Source: Octopus sinensis
Taxonomy: Eukaryota
Length of the DNA: 64,000 nucleotides
NCBI RefSeq assembly: GCF_006345805.1
Contig: NW_021825194.1
Coordinates: 124,001 to 188,000 of the forward strand
Direction of reading: 5' to 3'
Part shown: positions 47,001-60,951 of the stretch, one piece after another
How the letters are laid out: each line of letters starts with the position of its first letter
Position numbering within the stretch: position 1 is the stretch's first letter
Program-made: the position numbers and the translations under genes
Notes under the pieces: generated by a model
What the model saw: only the letters and a program-made list of their open reading frames with translations
Databases searched by the model: none
Told to the model about the DNA's origin: nothing

Positions 47001-47720
47001 GTTGTTGATTACTACTACTAATGACAATATGAACCAAATGTATATACATGCACACTATTTGTGAAATTCCTTCCTAAAAGTTAGTACCATCAATGGAGTC
47101 TTAGAGTAGCTGTCCACCGAAGTTCCATATAATATGGGAATAAAAAAGGAAAGGGAGGAAAATACAAGGTTATTAAAACAAAGACACATTCACAAGTAGA
47201 CAAACAAATGGTTTGATTAGGGTATAATCAATTTGGCAAAGAAACTAAAGAGAAAATATTACGAAGATAACCACCACAGATCTACAATGGAAGAATTCAC
47301 CACGTGTAGTTGAGGGTAAAAGAAAACGTTGAATGACAGTAAGTACGTCCAAAATTTATAAAGCAGTGACATACATACATACATACATACTTGTAGCACA
47401 TATATATATATATATACGTGCAGAGTGAAAATAAATCACACTATTTAATGTGACGGACTACACTGCAAAAAATAAAAAATCACCGATTTCGTTTCTGTTT
47501 ACAAACTCTCTCCGTGTCTACACTAAACATACGCACAAATCCTTTTATGTATACACACCCAATATTTAAGAAAAAAATGAATATACACAAAAAAGAACGA
47601 AACATGTGTATATACACACACAATATTTAAGAACAAAAGGAATATACACAAAAAAAGAACGAATCAAAAACAAATATTTTACTTTTATCGTATTGTTGTT
47701 TACATTTTCTGTCTCTACGG

Positions 47721-48115
47721 ATGACCAGAAGCAACAAAATCGCCATGGTAGAATCCATAGCGGACTGCGATAAGACTGGTCGCTGCTCCAAAATAGAGCA
47801 CTGCCCAGAAAATCACACCTGCCACATCTGTACGGAACCCGAAAATACTTTCTGTAATCGCTTGGTTGAATGTGGGACATGCCTCATCTCTGTCTGCCTC
47901 CAATGTGCCACGGACTTTCAGAAGATCCCAGGCCAAAAAAAGAGCCATCATCATGCTATGATGGATGGACTCTGGAAGATGGTCCAGCTTAAATCTTGGT
48001 CTTTTCAGTGTCAGGCCTGCGTGTCTCCACTACCGACGATTGTGTCTCCCCCTGCCACTCCTGTGGAGGAGGCGGAACAGCAACAGCAGCAACAACAAAA
48101 TCAACCACAACTAGA

Positions 48116-48147
<32 letters not shown>

Positions 48148-48216
48148 AACAACAAAATCAACCACAACCAGAGCAGCAGCAGCAGCAACAACAACAACAA
48201 AATCAACCACAACCAG

Positions 48217-48250
<34 letters not shown>

Positions 48251-48980
48251 ACAATATCAACAACAACAGCAGCAACAACAAAATCAACCACAACCAGAGC
48301 AGCAGCAGCAACAACAGCAACAACAACAACAACAACACCAATTGACCAGTGCGGTTCTTGCAGAACTGCAACAATCGATCTGTGCTTTAAGAGGGGAAGT
48401 AGCAGGAATAAAAGCAAGCATTCAGGTTGGACTCCACAATGAAGGGTCTTATCGGAATGCTCTGCTGAAGAACCTCCCTGTACCTCTTGCCGCATCTAAG
48501 ACCGCGGATTCTGCTACCCATGAAGTTATTGTCATTGGGGTGCCAGAAGACATGGCTGATCTTCAGGCATTTGCTGCCAACTCAGCCAAAGACCTAGGCT
48601 GCGTTCCCCCAACAGGTGCTCTCCGCCTTGGACGACCTGGCCCAAAACCCAGGCTCATCAAGCTGTCTTTTCCAGACCACGCTGAGGCAACTGCATACCA
48701 TCTGGCCTCAGTTAAAGCTGGGCGTGAAAATCGGACGACCCTCCGAACACGCCCAGGCTTACCATCCAATGTACGTCCGAAGCTACGTGTAGCGGCTTCC
48801 CTGAACCGGAACTCAGCTGTACATGAAAGCTTCAGTCTTCGTGAAGATGGACAAATCTGGAGATTTGTTAAGACGGGTGAAACGTGGAAGAGAGATAACA
48901 GCTGGTCTGAGTGCTCTCTACCCACAATGACTGACACTGAAAAAAAAACTAAAAAAACTACAGCAACTCAGGGAAACTAA
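47721..48980 (+). CDS. LINE ORF1 (419 aa): Cys-rich PHD-like finger, polyQ tract, coiled coil, RRM-like C-terminus
   Basis: CHIC..ECGTC..VCLQC..H..SFQCQAC; C-terminal VIVIGVPED..LRLGR...PRLIKLSF is typical of CR1/L2 ORF1. Confidence 0.8.
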
Positions 48981-49029
48981 ACCTGAACAACCTGCCATCC
49001 TCTACACACCATCATAAACTGCAAGCAGG

Positions 49030-51765
49030 GTACAAATTGTTGTCCTTAAATGCTCGCAGTTTGTGCAACAAAATTCATTTGTTCAACGCCTACGTTAGAA
49101 GTATTGACCCTGACTTCATCACTGTCACGGAAACATGGGCGCATTCCTTACTCTGTGATGGGGTTTTCAGCATTACGGGGTACAACCCCTTCCGTAAGGA
49201 CCGCATTAACCGCCGTGGTGGTGGTGTGATGGTCTACATTCGTTCAAATATTTTGGTAATTCCTTGTGCCGATTTGAACGAATCACAAGAAGAAGTTTTT
49301 TTTCTGTGACGTACGTATGACCATGTCAACACTCCTGCTTGGCGTTGTTTATCGTCCCCCAAATTACCATCAGGACACACAGCTTTGCAATATCCTCCGA
49401 GCTGCTGCCAGGAAAACAGCCACTTATGTTTTTGTTGCAGGCGATTTCAGTCATCCTGAGATCAATTGGGAAACCTTCCATTGGCCACAGAGTGCAAACG
49501 ATTTTGTTGAGCTTGTGCTGGACTCAAACTGGTCACAAGTAGTCACCTCTCCAACAAGAGGCGACAACACCTTGGACCTGCTCTTCACCACAACTCCTGA
49601 AGCGGTTATCAATTGCACTACGGAGGAACCTCTAGGTGACTCTGACCATGCTATGATCATCGCCAATCTGGCTCTTGCGGGCAACAAAAACCTGAACCAT
49701 CTCCAATCTGCTTCCTTCGATTGGAAGAGAGCAGATTGGAACCTGTACCACACTGAACTACAGCACCCAATCTGGCGTGAATTCTACAACTCTGGAGATG
49801 TGAATACTATACTCCAGAGTATCCTGGACTCAATATGGGCAGCATGTGCAGCATCAGTGCCACGTAAACAGAAAAAGAAGAACCGCCCCAAAAGGGCAAT
49901 TTGGGAAACTTCAGCGGTCGGACTTGCCAGGAAGGAACGTCGGACTGCTGAACGGGAATACAAGTTGCATAAATCAGACACCAACAGGAAGAAGCGGAAT
50001 AAATCTTCCAACCATCTCAAGCAAGTGACAAAAAAAGCAGTGCTTGAATTTGAACAGTGCATAGCAGCCAATCCTGACAGCAAGGTTTTCTGGAAATATG
50101 TGCATTCAAAGCAGAGACCTCACTCTCCAGTGGGCCCTCTTCGCAACCCTCACACAAACCAGATCACTGACGACCCCAAGGAATGCGCAGAACTCATTGC
50201 CGAGTGCTATGCAAACATATTCACTGTTGAAAATCAAAATGTACCATCTTCACCATCTCTAACAGCAAATTCCATAACAACTATGGAATTTACACCTGCA
50301 ATGCTGCGACGTCACCTTCAAAATAAGCGCAACTATGCCTCCCCTGGTCTTGATGGAGTTACATACCTGCTTCTCAAACGTGGCAGGTACTTCCTTTTAC
50401 ACCAGCTCTCTATTTTCTTCCAGTACTGTCTCAACAATGGTGCTACTCCGGAACAGTGGAAAACTGCCAGTGTCATTCCTCTGTTCAAAAAGGGCGACCG
50501 CACATCACCTGTCAACTATCGCCCAGTCAGTCTCACTAGCTGTATTGCAAAACTGATGGAATCGTGTGTCAGAGAAACACTTTGGAACTTCTGGAGCTCA
50601 CACAGTCTCATCCGACCCTCACAATATGGATTTGTCCCTAACTCCAGCTGCAGTGATCAGCTTGTCGAGTTCCTTGAGGACATTACTCAGATCACTGGGT
50701 GGATGTTGTCTACCTTGACTTTGCTAAGGCTTTCAACTCTGTGCCACACAAAAGGCTTATGGTGAAACTCTCTGCAATGGGTGTGAGGGATGACCTTTTT
50801 AACTGGTTGAAATCCTTCATTCTCAACCGAAAGGAGGTAGTCACAGTTCTAGGACAGCATTCTACACCATATGAGATGTCATCGGGTGTACCACAGGGAT
50901 CTGTCCTTGGTCCCCTCTTGTTTGTGGCATACATTAATGACATAGACGCAAATTTAAAGAATGCCACAGTATTAAAATATGCATACGACATCAAGCTGTA
51001 CCTTGAAATCAAGAGGACAGATCCTCTTTCCTGCATTCAGACCTGGACACAATGCAGCAATGGATCACAGACTAGCAACTGAAACTGGCTGTGGACAAGT
51101 GTACCACCATGCATTTTGGGAGAAAAAACCCTGCGTCCACATACTCCCTCCACAACACTGATATCAAAAAATCCTTATGCGAGCGTGACCTAGGCATCAC
51201 TGTCAGCAGTGATTTGCGTTGGACAAAGCATATCTCTAAAATTGTCAAGAAGGCCGAGGGTGTCTTGGCATCACTCAGCAAGACTTTTGTTAGCCGCTCT
51301 CCAGCCATCTATTTAAAACTGTATACAGCTATGGTACGACCACACTTGGAATTCGCATCATCAGTTTGGAACCCCTATCTTGCTCAGAACATTGACCTCC
51401 TGGAATCTGTTCAGAGACGTGCAACCAAACGCATATCCTCCATCAGACACCTACCATATTCTGAGCGCCTTGTTTCCCTGGGCATGGATTCACTGATGCT
51501 CCGGCGTCTGGCGACGGACTTGGTAAACGCCCACAAAGTTGTCAACCACCTCACCAATAACAACACTGAACACCTTTTTGATCTCCATGTGTCTAACACA
51601 CGTGGACATGCCTACAAAGTCAGAAAACAACACAGCTCCCATGACTTTCGGAAACATTTTTTCACGCTCAGAGTTGCTGAAGCATGGAATAAACTGCCTG
51701 CGTCAGTTGTTGACTGCCATGACACTGCATCCTTTAAGGCCCTCATGCTTTCCGAAATCCGTTGA
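49030..51765 (+). pseudogene. LINE ORF2 (APE + RT), disrupted
   Basis: Frameshifts near 49310, 50695 and 51040; catalytic YADD reads YAYD (TATGCATACGAC at 50978-50989). Confidence 0.9.
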
Positions 51766-52769
51766 AACTACACCTGATTATATATGCACTTCAGATGAGT
51801 TGTAGTGCACAATGTTTATTATTATTATTATTATTATACCAGCATAGAGAAAATGACATGATCGGAGAAAATTTTCTGTAAATATTTGAATTGTTATGTA
51901 TATTTTATTGTTTTATATACCCTTTCTAGACTATTAATAGTGCAAGTTTTTATAGGTCGGAACCAATTGGAAAGCAATTGATTAGCATAAACTCTAAATT
52001 GTTTTATAACTTGTAAAGCCGAAATACATTTGTAAACTTGTAAAGCCGAAATAAAACCGAGACGATTCATCTATTATGACCCTAAAAGGTATGGGCAAAT
52101 ACTATTGTGTGTGAGTGTGTGTGTCTGTGCGCGCACACGCGCGTGTGTTTGTGTGTGTGTGTGTGTATACACATACACAATAAGATATACTATTACTACT
52201 TCTCAAGGAATCTTTTTAATAACGTATATACAATCGTTATTTTATTAAGAAATAATATTGATAAGGAGGGCCCGAGAAAATGGAGTCTTCATTAGTGTCC
52301 CAGTAAGTCAGTGGTCTATATAACCAAGTGAATACATATATGAACTGAAATACCGAATGTGATAGTTGAACATATTGTTTTAAACATAAATAACGACTAT
52401 AAAATTATCCAGAATGGAATTATAGGTTGTGTAACATTTCAAGAAAAAATCAGTTCTTTAAATCTGTATGTATTGCTTCTTTTTCTAAACCTTCGGTAAG
52501 GCACCATAATTGAAATTACTTACATCTTCATCTAAGTTTCTTAAGCTCATTAGAAAATGCTATCTTAGTAGTATGCATAACACTAGCATTAGTGTTATAT
52601 ACATGACCTAAAACTTAAACTGATTATTGAATGCCATGCATATTACAGTCTTCAATACTTTCCGCAAAATATATAGAGACAACACCAGATTGAATAACAT
52701 CGAAATATTAGATACCAATATGATATAGTTCCAATATGATATATATATGATATATATACCAATATGATA

Positions 52770-53193
52770 GGCGCAGGAGTGGCTGTGTGGTAAGTAGCTT
52801 GCTTACCAACCACATAGTTCCGGGTTCAATCCCACTGCGTGGCACCTTGGGCAAGTGTCTTCTACTGTAGCCCCGGGCCGACCAATGCCTTGTGAGTGGA
52901 TTTGGTAGACGGAAACTGAAAGAAGCCCGTCGTATATATGTATATATATATATATATATATGCGTGTGTGTGTGTTTGTGTGTCTGTGTTTGTCCCCCTA
53001 GCATTGCTTGACAACCGATGCTGGTGTGTTTACGTCGCCGTCACTTAGCGGTTCGGCAAAAGCGACCGATAGAATAAGTACTGGGCTTACAAAAGAATAA
53101 GTCCCGGGGTCGAGTTGCTCGATTAAAGGCGGTGCTCCAGCATGGCCGCAGTCAAATGACTGAAACAAGTAAAAGAGTAAAGAGTAAAGAGAG
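52770..53193 (+). mobile_element. Full-length tRNA-derived SINE with a CORE-like segment, central microsatellite and LINE-derived tail
   Basis: A box TGGCTGTGTGG, B box GGTTCAATCC, CCTTGGGCAAG core, tail GGTGCTCCAGCATGGCCGCAGTCAAATGACTGAAAC, then (AAAGAGT)n. Confidence 0.9.
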
Positions 53194-53609
53194 TATATAT
53201 AGGCGCAGGAGTGGCTGTGTGGTAAGTAGCTTGAAGAGTGACTTTGCTTACCGTACTACGGTTTGGACGCGTTTTCTTCCCGGTAAGAGTTTTGCTGTGT
53301 TGTTAATTGTTGAATTCCTACTACTGAAAATTTGCCTTTAAACGTTGCTGAACTGTCTTGTTCTCCGGTTTTACCGGGAAATAATTGAATAATTTCTTAC
53401 CGTTGAACTGTTAGCCATTGTGGCTTTTTATTTACGTGACTATATATAGTCCTGCCAGACTATTTTCGTGCCCCTCCCCCGAATGGGGGTGGGAATTGGA
53501 ATTTTTGAACTGCTTTTTTGAACTACTTTGGAAGAAAAACTTTCTATAGGTTTCCCAGTTTTGTGGGAAACCAATACTCGTAATTTTTGTGTTGTCTAAT
53601 TTCAACAGA

Positions 53610-55002
53610 ATAATGTCTGTTGAAATTATTCACGAAAGTAGTGCTCTTGAGGAGAGCAATGTTAAAAAATTTTCTGCGGTAGCCTTAGTGGCTACCGAGA
53701 ACATTGACATCGATGTTAACCAGCTCGTCGAGCTATTTAAAAGAATGCAAGAGGAGGGTGGTGATGTTAAAATATCACCCTCCGCCAGTATCGTGGAGAC
53801 CGAGAAGCGAACCGTAGTGTTTAAAACTTTCTGTCCACAAAGCAGAAGGTTCAAACACTTTGAAAAAAGCACCATCGAGAAATGCCTGTCCCCGATTTGG
53901 AAGGACATCGTGTACGTCGCCAGGGGACGGGCATATGGCACTGTGGATGTCCGCTTCTCGGGGGAAGAAATGGCCCGCGGCATTCTGTGAACCCCCTAAA
54001 AACCAAGGAGGTGGTACTTTTCCCAAGCTATAGGGGACGCAGGACGTCCCGGGTCAGGATTGTAGAAGCCCCGCCGGAAGTAGATCCGGTAGAGGTAGTG
54101 GCCGCCCTGTTATACAAAAGGGCAGACAAAATAAAAATACTACAAGTAACATGCTCTACCCCTCTATTTTGGCTCGGGCGTAACATTAATATATTAATTC
54201 AAGGAACAGCGGAGGACCTGCAGCTCCTTCCTGAGAGGGTGCTCGTGGGCGAGAACGTAGCCCTCAGGGTACAGGTCGAAGGCCGAAAACCCACCTGTTA
54301 CGCCTGCAGCAAAAAGGGCCACATTCGTGTAGACTGTCCAGACAAGCAAAAGAAACCGCAGACACCAGGCCCCTCAGATAATAAAAAAGTTCCTACCCTT
54401 GCAAACACACCTACCCCTACAAAAACAAAAAATCCCACTCCCGCTGTTACGGTGCCAACCCCAAAACAGACTGAAGAAAAAACCCAGCCCTCGCACTCAC
54501 AAACCCCTACACTATTAAAACCTCCCACCCCCCTAAAAACTGCGGCGCCTACCGAACAAACTATTGCCACCCCAGACGATACCATGGAGGTATCAGAGGG
54601 GGGATTTACACCAGTTCGTAAAAGAATTCGTGCAGCATCCCCTACAAAAAATAATAAAAACAAAGACACACCACAGACACGGAAAAAAAATCCCGCTCAA
54701 CTGGCCCAGAAAAAGAAGACAAAAAAGAAAATTAACTCATATTAATTGAATTCGACACACAAGACAAATACATAAACGATATTGTGGTTCAGCATCAGTC
54801 AGCAAGACTGTACAACAAATACAAAGATCGAAATAGACACGCGTGGATTGCGGAAACAACGTTCAAACAATTAAAAGACAGACACCCAAACGCCATCCGG
54901 CATATCGCGAACTTGCCGGACTATCTGAAGAAAGAGGAGAAAGAAGGGGCCCACAAACGTGTGGTGAGGTCGTCCCCCACCTCTCCAACGAAATGTAAGT
55001 AG
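53610..55002 (+). pseudogene. Tx1-like ORF1 (RRM-like N-terminus, CYACSKKGHIRVDC zinc knuckle, P/T/K-rich linker); frameshifts near 53990 and 54730
   Basis: ORF pieces 53589-53990, 53882-54745 and 54736-55002 are consecutive in different frames. Confidence 0.8.
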
Positions 55003-55019
55003 AACTTTTACTTTTTGTA

Positions 55020-58000
55020 ATGGCTTCGCTTAACCTTGGTTGTTTAAATGTGCGTGGTCTGAGTTCGAAGTGGAAGCAGGCTTGTTTCCTCGACGACCTC
55101 AGATCACATGATATACATGTGATGGTTGCTACAGAGACCAAGCTGGACAGCCTACAAACCTTCTCGCCTCTCCTGAATGGCTACGAGAAAATCATGTCTC
55201 CTGGCCAGACCGGAGGGCGAGGGGGCGTAGTGGTACTGATCCGTAAAGACTTGGCTCTACAGACAAGTACAGTCTATGTAGACCCAGAAGGTGGGCTGGT
55301 CGTCCTTGATGTGACATACAGCAGTAAGGCCTTCAGGTTGATCGGACTCTATGCACCTTGTGCTGGAGGTTTCCAAACTGATTTTTATCGGCGCCTAGAG
55401 GGCTTTCTCGTGACGTCGAAGACTTTAGTGATATTAGGGGACTTTAATGCTATCGTTGACGTACACATCGATAGCGTTGGCTCGATCTATAGGAAAGTGA
55501 ACTCACGTCTCGTGGATCTGCTTAAGCGGTTTCAGCTGGCAGATCGTTACAGACTTGACCATCCGAACGTCCCAGAGTGGACCTGGATGAGTGGCGACGG
55601 AAGGTTCAAGTCTTATCTAGACAGGATAGTGATAAGAACTAGAGATAAGTCTAGTTTTAGTTGTCTACAGCTCGTCCAGGTGCCCTACACTGACCATAGA
55701 ATGGTCACATGTAGACTGGACATAGATAGCACACTTAAGATAGGAACCGGCTACTGGAAGCTGAACAAGTCTATTTTGACACGCGAGGCATACCGTAGCC
55801 GGATTAAGGTGTTAGTGCAGAGGGCGTTAACCGGAGCCGTGGTTAATAACCGGTAGTGGTTCACCCTCAAAAGAGCCATTCGATTCGAGTCCATTAGATT
55901 TAGTAAACAACTAAGACTAGATAGGGCTAGAATAGAAGGGCAACTAGTTAAGAACTTAGAGGAGGCGTTGAGGTTGGGCTCTGCATCTCACATTTTAGCG
56001 GCGAGAACGGCATTAGACCGTCACCTCAAAACCAAACATGAGGGATGTAGAGTCCGGGCTAAAGTACGAGCATTGGGCCGTGAGGGAATTAATGTTGCCG
56101 GATGGGCCCGTACGATAGAAACACAGCGTGGAAACGATGTCACAATTGGGTCTCTTGTTGATGAAAACGGATGCACGATCAAGAAGCGGGACGATATGTG
56201 TGAGTCACTTCACAAGCACTTCGCCGAGTTGTTCGGGAGGTGCGGGACGCTGGATCATGGTGAGGCCCTTAGGGACTTCCTGTCTGGTGGCCCGCGCCTC
56301 TCGACACGAGAGGTTGAGTGCTGTGAAGGGCCAATCACAGCCGAGGAAGTAATCGAGGTGTTGGGCAAGTGCCCCGGGGAGAAGTCGCCGGGTCTCGATG
56401 GTCTGCCCTATGAATTTTATAGAAGTATGCCAGACTTGTTCGGGCACCTGCTGGCTAGCGTCTACGCCAACTGGCAGCAGAATGGGAGAATTCCCAAGTC
56501 TGCGAGCCGGGGGGCGGTGACGTTGATCAGGAAGGACCCGAACAAGGGGGACGAGATAGGGAACTTCAGGCCCATAACTCTGTTAAACACAGAGTTAAAG
56601 ATTCTGGCCAAGGTGCTAGCAAAAAGGTTGGCGCGGGTCGTGGACAAACTTGTCGGGGAAGCGCAAACGTGCGCTATCCCCGGCAGAACGATCCACGACA
56701 ATCTCCACCTTATACGCTACTCCTTAGAGAGGGTGGGGAAGCTTTCTGGCGCAGGGGGAGCACTGGTACATTTAGACCAGTCCAAAGCATTTGATAGGGT
56801 CGACCATCGGTACCTGGCGGCGGTCCTCGGAGAGGCTGGCCTAGGCCCGACCTTTCGAGGTTGGATCGCTGCTTTGTATAGCGACATCGAGTCTGTAGTC
56901 AAGGTGAACGGTTCCTTTTCGAAGCCGTTCAGGATCGAGCGTTCAGTTCGTCAAGGGTGTCCCCTGTCCTCGCTCCTATACGTATTGGCTCTTGAGCCTT
57001 TGCTGCGGAAGTTGGAGGCACTAGGGGGCGCGCCGCATGATCTATGGTGTGGAAGAGGAGCTACGGCGTATGCGGATGACACCTCCATCATCGTGGCAGA
57101 CGAAGGCCAGCTTCCAGTGGTGGAAGAGGCCATCAAAAGCTACGAGGCGGTGGCAGGAGCAAAGGTTAACAAGGACAAGTCGGTCGGTTTGCAACTCGGC
57201 ACCTGGAGGGGCAAGCCGATGCCGTCCAATAACGTCGTAGGGCGTTGGACGGAAGGTCCTGTTAAGCTGCTCGGAGTCTGGTTCGGGCCAGACCTCCAGA
57301 TTGAGAAAAATTGGAGTGAGGTGGCCAACAAGGTGACCACTCTAACCCAGACCTGGTCTGGGCGGGCGTTATCCCTGCTAGGGAAGGCGGAGGTGGTGCA
57401 GATGTTTATAGCATCAGTAATCACCTACCGTCTGACCGTGGTGCCTTGCCCCGATTTGTGGCTGAACAAGTTGGAGAGAATCCTTTTCCGATTTTTGTGG
57501 AAAGGAGGAAAGCCACTTGTAAAGCGCTCTGTCTGCTGCCAGAAACCGCTAAAGGGTGGGCTAGGGATGCCTTGGCTGAGGATGCGAAAATTCGCGTTAA
57601 GGTTGAGGCACCTCTGGCTTTACCTGGATGGAGAGCAGGTGTGGTCGCCGCACGTCCGGTTCTACCTTCCCCAGTTAACATCCCTAACGGACATCGGTGC
57701 ATGGATCAAGCGGAGACCTAAACTGAGTGAATGGCATTTGGAGTGCCGTCAGGCGCTCCAGCTACTATCTCGGGTGGGCAACGCCGGCAACAGGAGTTCC
57801 ACCACGGATTTCTATAGCGGGTTAGTGGAGATTAAGTCCGAAGACGCCTTGGGGGAGACCCTGGGCTACGATGAAAATCAGTTGGTCAACCTGTTCCGGA
57901 GGACGTTCGGGCCGGGGTATCTGGATAATTACCAGAAATCCCTGGCCTGGCAGTGTTTCCGTGCGGCTTTACCTGTTCGCGACAAGCTGTCAAGGCACGG

Positions 58001-58421
58001 TAGTGCCGTCTCGCCGACATGCCCGCGATGTGAGCAGGATAGGGAGACCGTCTTGCACGCATTCGTGGAGTGTCCGGAGTTATCGGGACTGATAGCTTTT
58101 GTTGAACAACTGTTGTCAGTGATGGGAAGAGTACAGCTATCAGCTGAGTCTATCATCGAGATTGTGCCGCCCCCTTTCCTTAACAGGGAAAGAAAGGCTT
58201 GTTTTTTCTGTGTAGTAGCCATACTGAAAGAAACAGTATGGAAGACGCGTACGAAAGGTATAGTGACAGGCACCTTTGTCTCCGGCCAGGGGTTGATTAA
58301 CTTTTTTAGTTACCACCTCAGTAGCAAAATCAGGCTGGAGAAGAGGTGTCTGTCACGAGATATGTTTGTGAAAAGATGGAAGCCTGTGGCATACAAGATG
58401 GGTATGTTTGGCACCAGGTAA
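55020..58421 (+). pseudogene. Tx1-like ORF2 (about 1133 codons) with a single in-frame TAG at 55854-55856
   Basis: ORFs 55020-55856 and 55968-58421 are in the same frame and the gap is stop-free. LNVRGL, ETK, GDFNA, TDH, PGLDGLP, NFRPITLLN, DQSKAFDRV, QGCPLS, YADD, CPRC..ETVLHAFVEC. Confidence 0.9.
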
Positions 58422-60249
58422 GTGTGACCGGATCAGAAAGTAAAGGTTCTACCCGGATGGCTGGTGTCCGTCCTTCGACATGATCATTAATATTTTTAAA
58501 CATTGCCTTCGTAAAATTCATTGTTTATAATCTTATCCGTAATTTCATTCGAAAATTGTAACTGTGTTAAGCTACTTCACCCTTTATATTTGTCTATCCT
58601 TGTTTGTCCCCTCTTTGTAAATGCCTAAATGGCAAATTATATGAAATAAAGTAGCTTGTTTGCCAACCACATGGTTCCGGGCAAGTGTCTTCTACTATAG
58701 CCTCGGGCCGACCAATGCCTTGTGAGTGGATTTGGTAGACGGAAACTGTATATATATGTATATATATATGTGCGTGTGTGTTTGTGTGTCCCATCCAACA
58801 TCGCTTGACAACCGATGCTGGTGTGTTTATGTCCCCATCACTTAGCGGTTCGGCAAAAGAGACCGGTAGAATAAGTACTGGGCTTACAAAGAATAAGTCC
58901 CGGGGTCGAGTTGCTCGATTAAAGGCGGTGCTCCAGCATGGCCGCAATCAAATGACTGAAACAAGTAAAAGAGTAAAAGAGAGAGTTCACAAGGTATAAA
59001 TATATATCTACGTAGATATTAGAATGCTGTTAGAAGACATTCCATTAAATCTTGCACTATAACAGTCATGACAAAGATGTACACATTTTACATGTTAACA
59101 CATTAAACATTACTTGAATATTAGGTATAACTGTAAGCATCTTGGTTGATCTGAAGACGACAGAATAATCTATACGGGTTTCTGTCAAGATGAATAAACG
59201 TGCTTGCAGTTCATTTTATAGAAGTGTAAAGATGTTAGTAGTGATGGTTGTGATAAGGTGAAGATAAAAGTTGAAGAGATGTCAGAAATGCTGCTAATAG
59301 TACATGCAACAGTAGTAGTGATAGAGATCATGATGGTCGTGATGGAAGTGATATTGCTGGTGGTGATTATGAAAGTGATGATGATGGTTTTAGTATGTTT
59401 TAGTATTGAAGATAATGTTGGAGTAGTGGCGTTGATAGAATGGTAGCGGTGAGAGTCGTGATGTCAATGATAGAGGTGTTAAAGGTGGTAACGGCGTGGT
59501 AGCCTTAATATTGGTAGAGTCAAGTATTCAGTTAGAGGAATATTGATGCTGAAGAAATGTAAAAGAAAGAAGATACTGGAAAAGTCAAACAAACATCTAC
59601 TTCAATTACTTGTACGAGACACACTGATCGATGTTAAAGGATTTCAAAGGGAATACCTAATGAGAAAAAACATGGCTGGCATAATATAGACCACACACAC
59701 ACACAAATATACATATGTGTATATATGTATATGTGTATGTATGTATATGTGTGTGTATCTACCTATTTTTCTATTTATCTATCTACCTATCTGTGTGTGT
59801 TGTGTGTAATACTGTAAATGATAGTAAACTATGTTATAAGAGGATAGTGGTTAGTGAGGCTAATATTTATATGTATGAGTGAATATCTGTGAATGTGCAT
59901 TCGCAGTCCTTTGCGTCTCATCTGAAACACATAGAAATATATGTCTGTGCATGTTTATGTCTTCCCGTGGTTATAAAATCTCTATGTGCATCAATTCAAA
60001 AGTTTGTTTGAAATTAGGTGTTAAGATATGTGCTTTAGTGAGTAAATTTTATTGTATGTACGTACGTTTGTGTATTCAAGTATTGTACGTCAGAATATGT
60101 GTTGATATGTGATTGTTTCACTGCGTTAGTATTCCAGTATGAGTATGCTAAGACCAGCGTTTGCGGGCTGGTGTTGATTTATTTCAATGCACGAGGAAAC
60201 TGTTGAAGTGCATGAATATCTTCAGTTCTAATTTCGAGCATTTCAAGTG

Positions 60250-60566
60250 AAAGAGTACCTGATAGAATGATTTAGGATAGAGAAGAGAAACTGTGCACAA
60301 TTGTGGAAATTCGCTGCTCATCGGATGTTAACATAATGCTGAAGGAATTATTGCGAAATCTGCAGTTACTCTGTCCAGATTACAATTTCAGGTTTATACT
60401 TGTAACTATTGGGGCCCTGGAATATGTAACACACTACCTAAATACCAATCTTGAGAAATTAGGCTTCTCAAAACCAGAAAGGAGGAAGCTAATTCGATGA
60501 CTACAGATCCAACCCATTACTGGAACAGTAAAAATCTGTAAAACTTTCCAAAAGTTTACCATTTAA
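60250..60566 (+). pseudogene. 3' remnant of a restriction-like-endonuclease (R2-superfamily) non-LTR element
   Basis: CTIVEIRCSSDVNI..LQLLCPDY.F..VTIGALEYV..LEKLGF..LQIQPITGTVKICKTFQKF* resembles the RLE C-terminus. Confidence 0.6.
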
Positions 60567-60789
60567 ATATATATGAGCATATCTAGATATGTAACTATAT
60601 GCATGAGAATACATACATAAAACATATTAAACTGAACATATATACATACATACAAACAAGCAAAAATACCCTTTTGTTGATGTTGAAATTCCAATGAAAG
60701 AATCTTCAATCTAGGTTAGAAACCGGTTCTTTCTCTATTGGCAAGAAACTTTGAAATAAACTGAATAATGACATACATATATACATAAA

Positions 60790-60807
60790 CACACACGCGC
60801 ATATATA

Positions 60808-60867
<60 letters not shown>

Positions 60868-60880
60868 GTATATATATATG

Positions 60881-60951
<71 letters not shown>

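Larger units (their letters stand above)
47560..51837 (+). mobile_element. Near full-length, inactivated CR1-group LINE (PHD-type ORF1, APE-RT ORF2, (ATT)n tail); 5' boundary uncertain
   Basis: APE motifs LNARSL, VTETW, YRPP, GDF, SDH; RT motifs PGLDG, YRPVSLTS, YLDFAKAF, GVPQGSVLGPLLF; tail at 51816-51837. Confidence 0.9.
53234..58648 (+). mobile_element. Near full-length Tx1/L1-clade non-LTR retrotransposon with a 10-bp TSD (AAGTAGCTTG)
   Basis: TSD at 53224-53233 and 58649-58658; ORF1 with CCHC knuckle; ORF2 with APE, RT and a C-terminal CCHC. Confidence 0.9.
53202..58985 (+). mobile_element. Second SINE copy, split by the Tx1-like insertion (53202-53233 + 58649-58985)
   Basis: The head stops at GTAGCTTG and resumes after the duplicated AAGTAGCTTG with TTTGCCAACCACATGGTTCCGG; body and tail match the first SINE apart from deletions. 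Confidence 0.9.

Noticed and set aside
47989-48495. Mucin-like (T/A-rich) and V/A-rich ORFs overlapping the polyQ region
   Set aside because: Alternative frames of the CAA/CAG tract in LINE ORF1.
52770-52850. Stand-alone tRNA gene
   Set aside because: It has A/B boxes but no complete cloverleaf and continues into the SINE body and tail.
59230-59570. V/M-rich putative membrane-protein ORF
   Set aside because: Degenerate (GAT/GGT)n low-complexity sequence.
60685-60740. GAAACCGGTT resembling the PLE hammerhead 3' half
   Set aside because: No CUGANGA-like core or stem II upstream.
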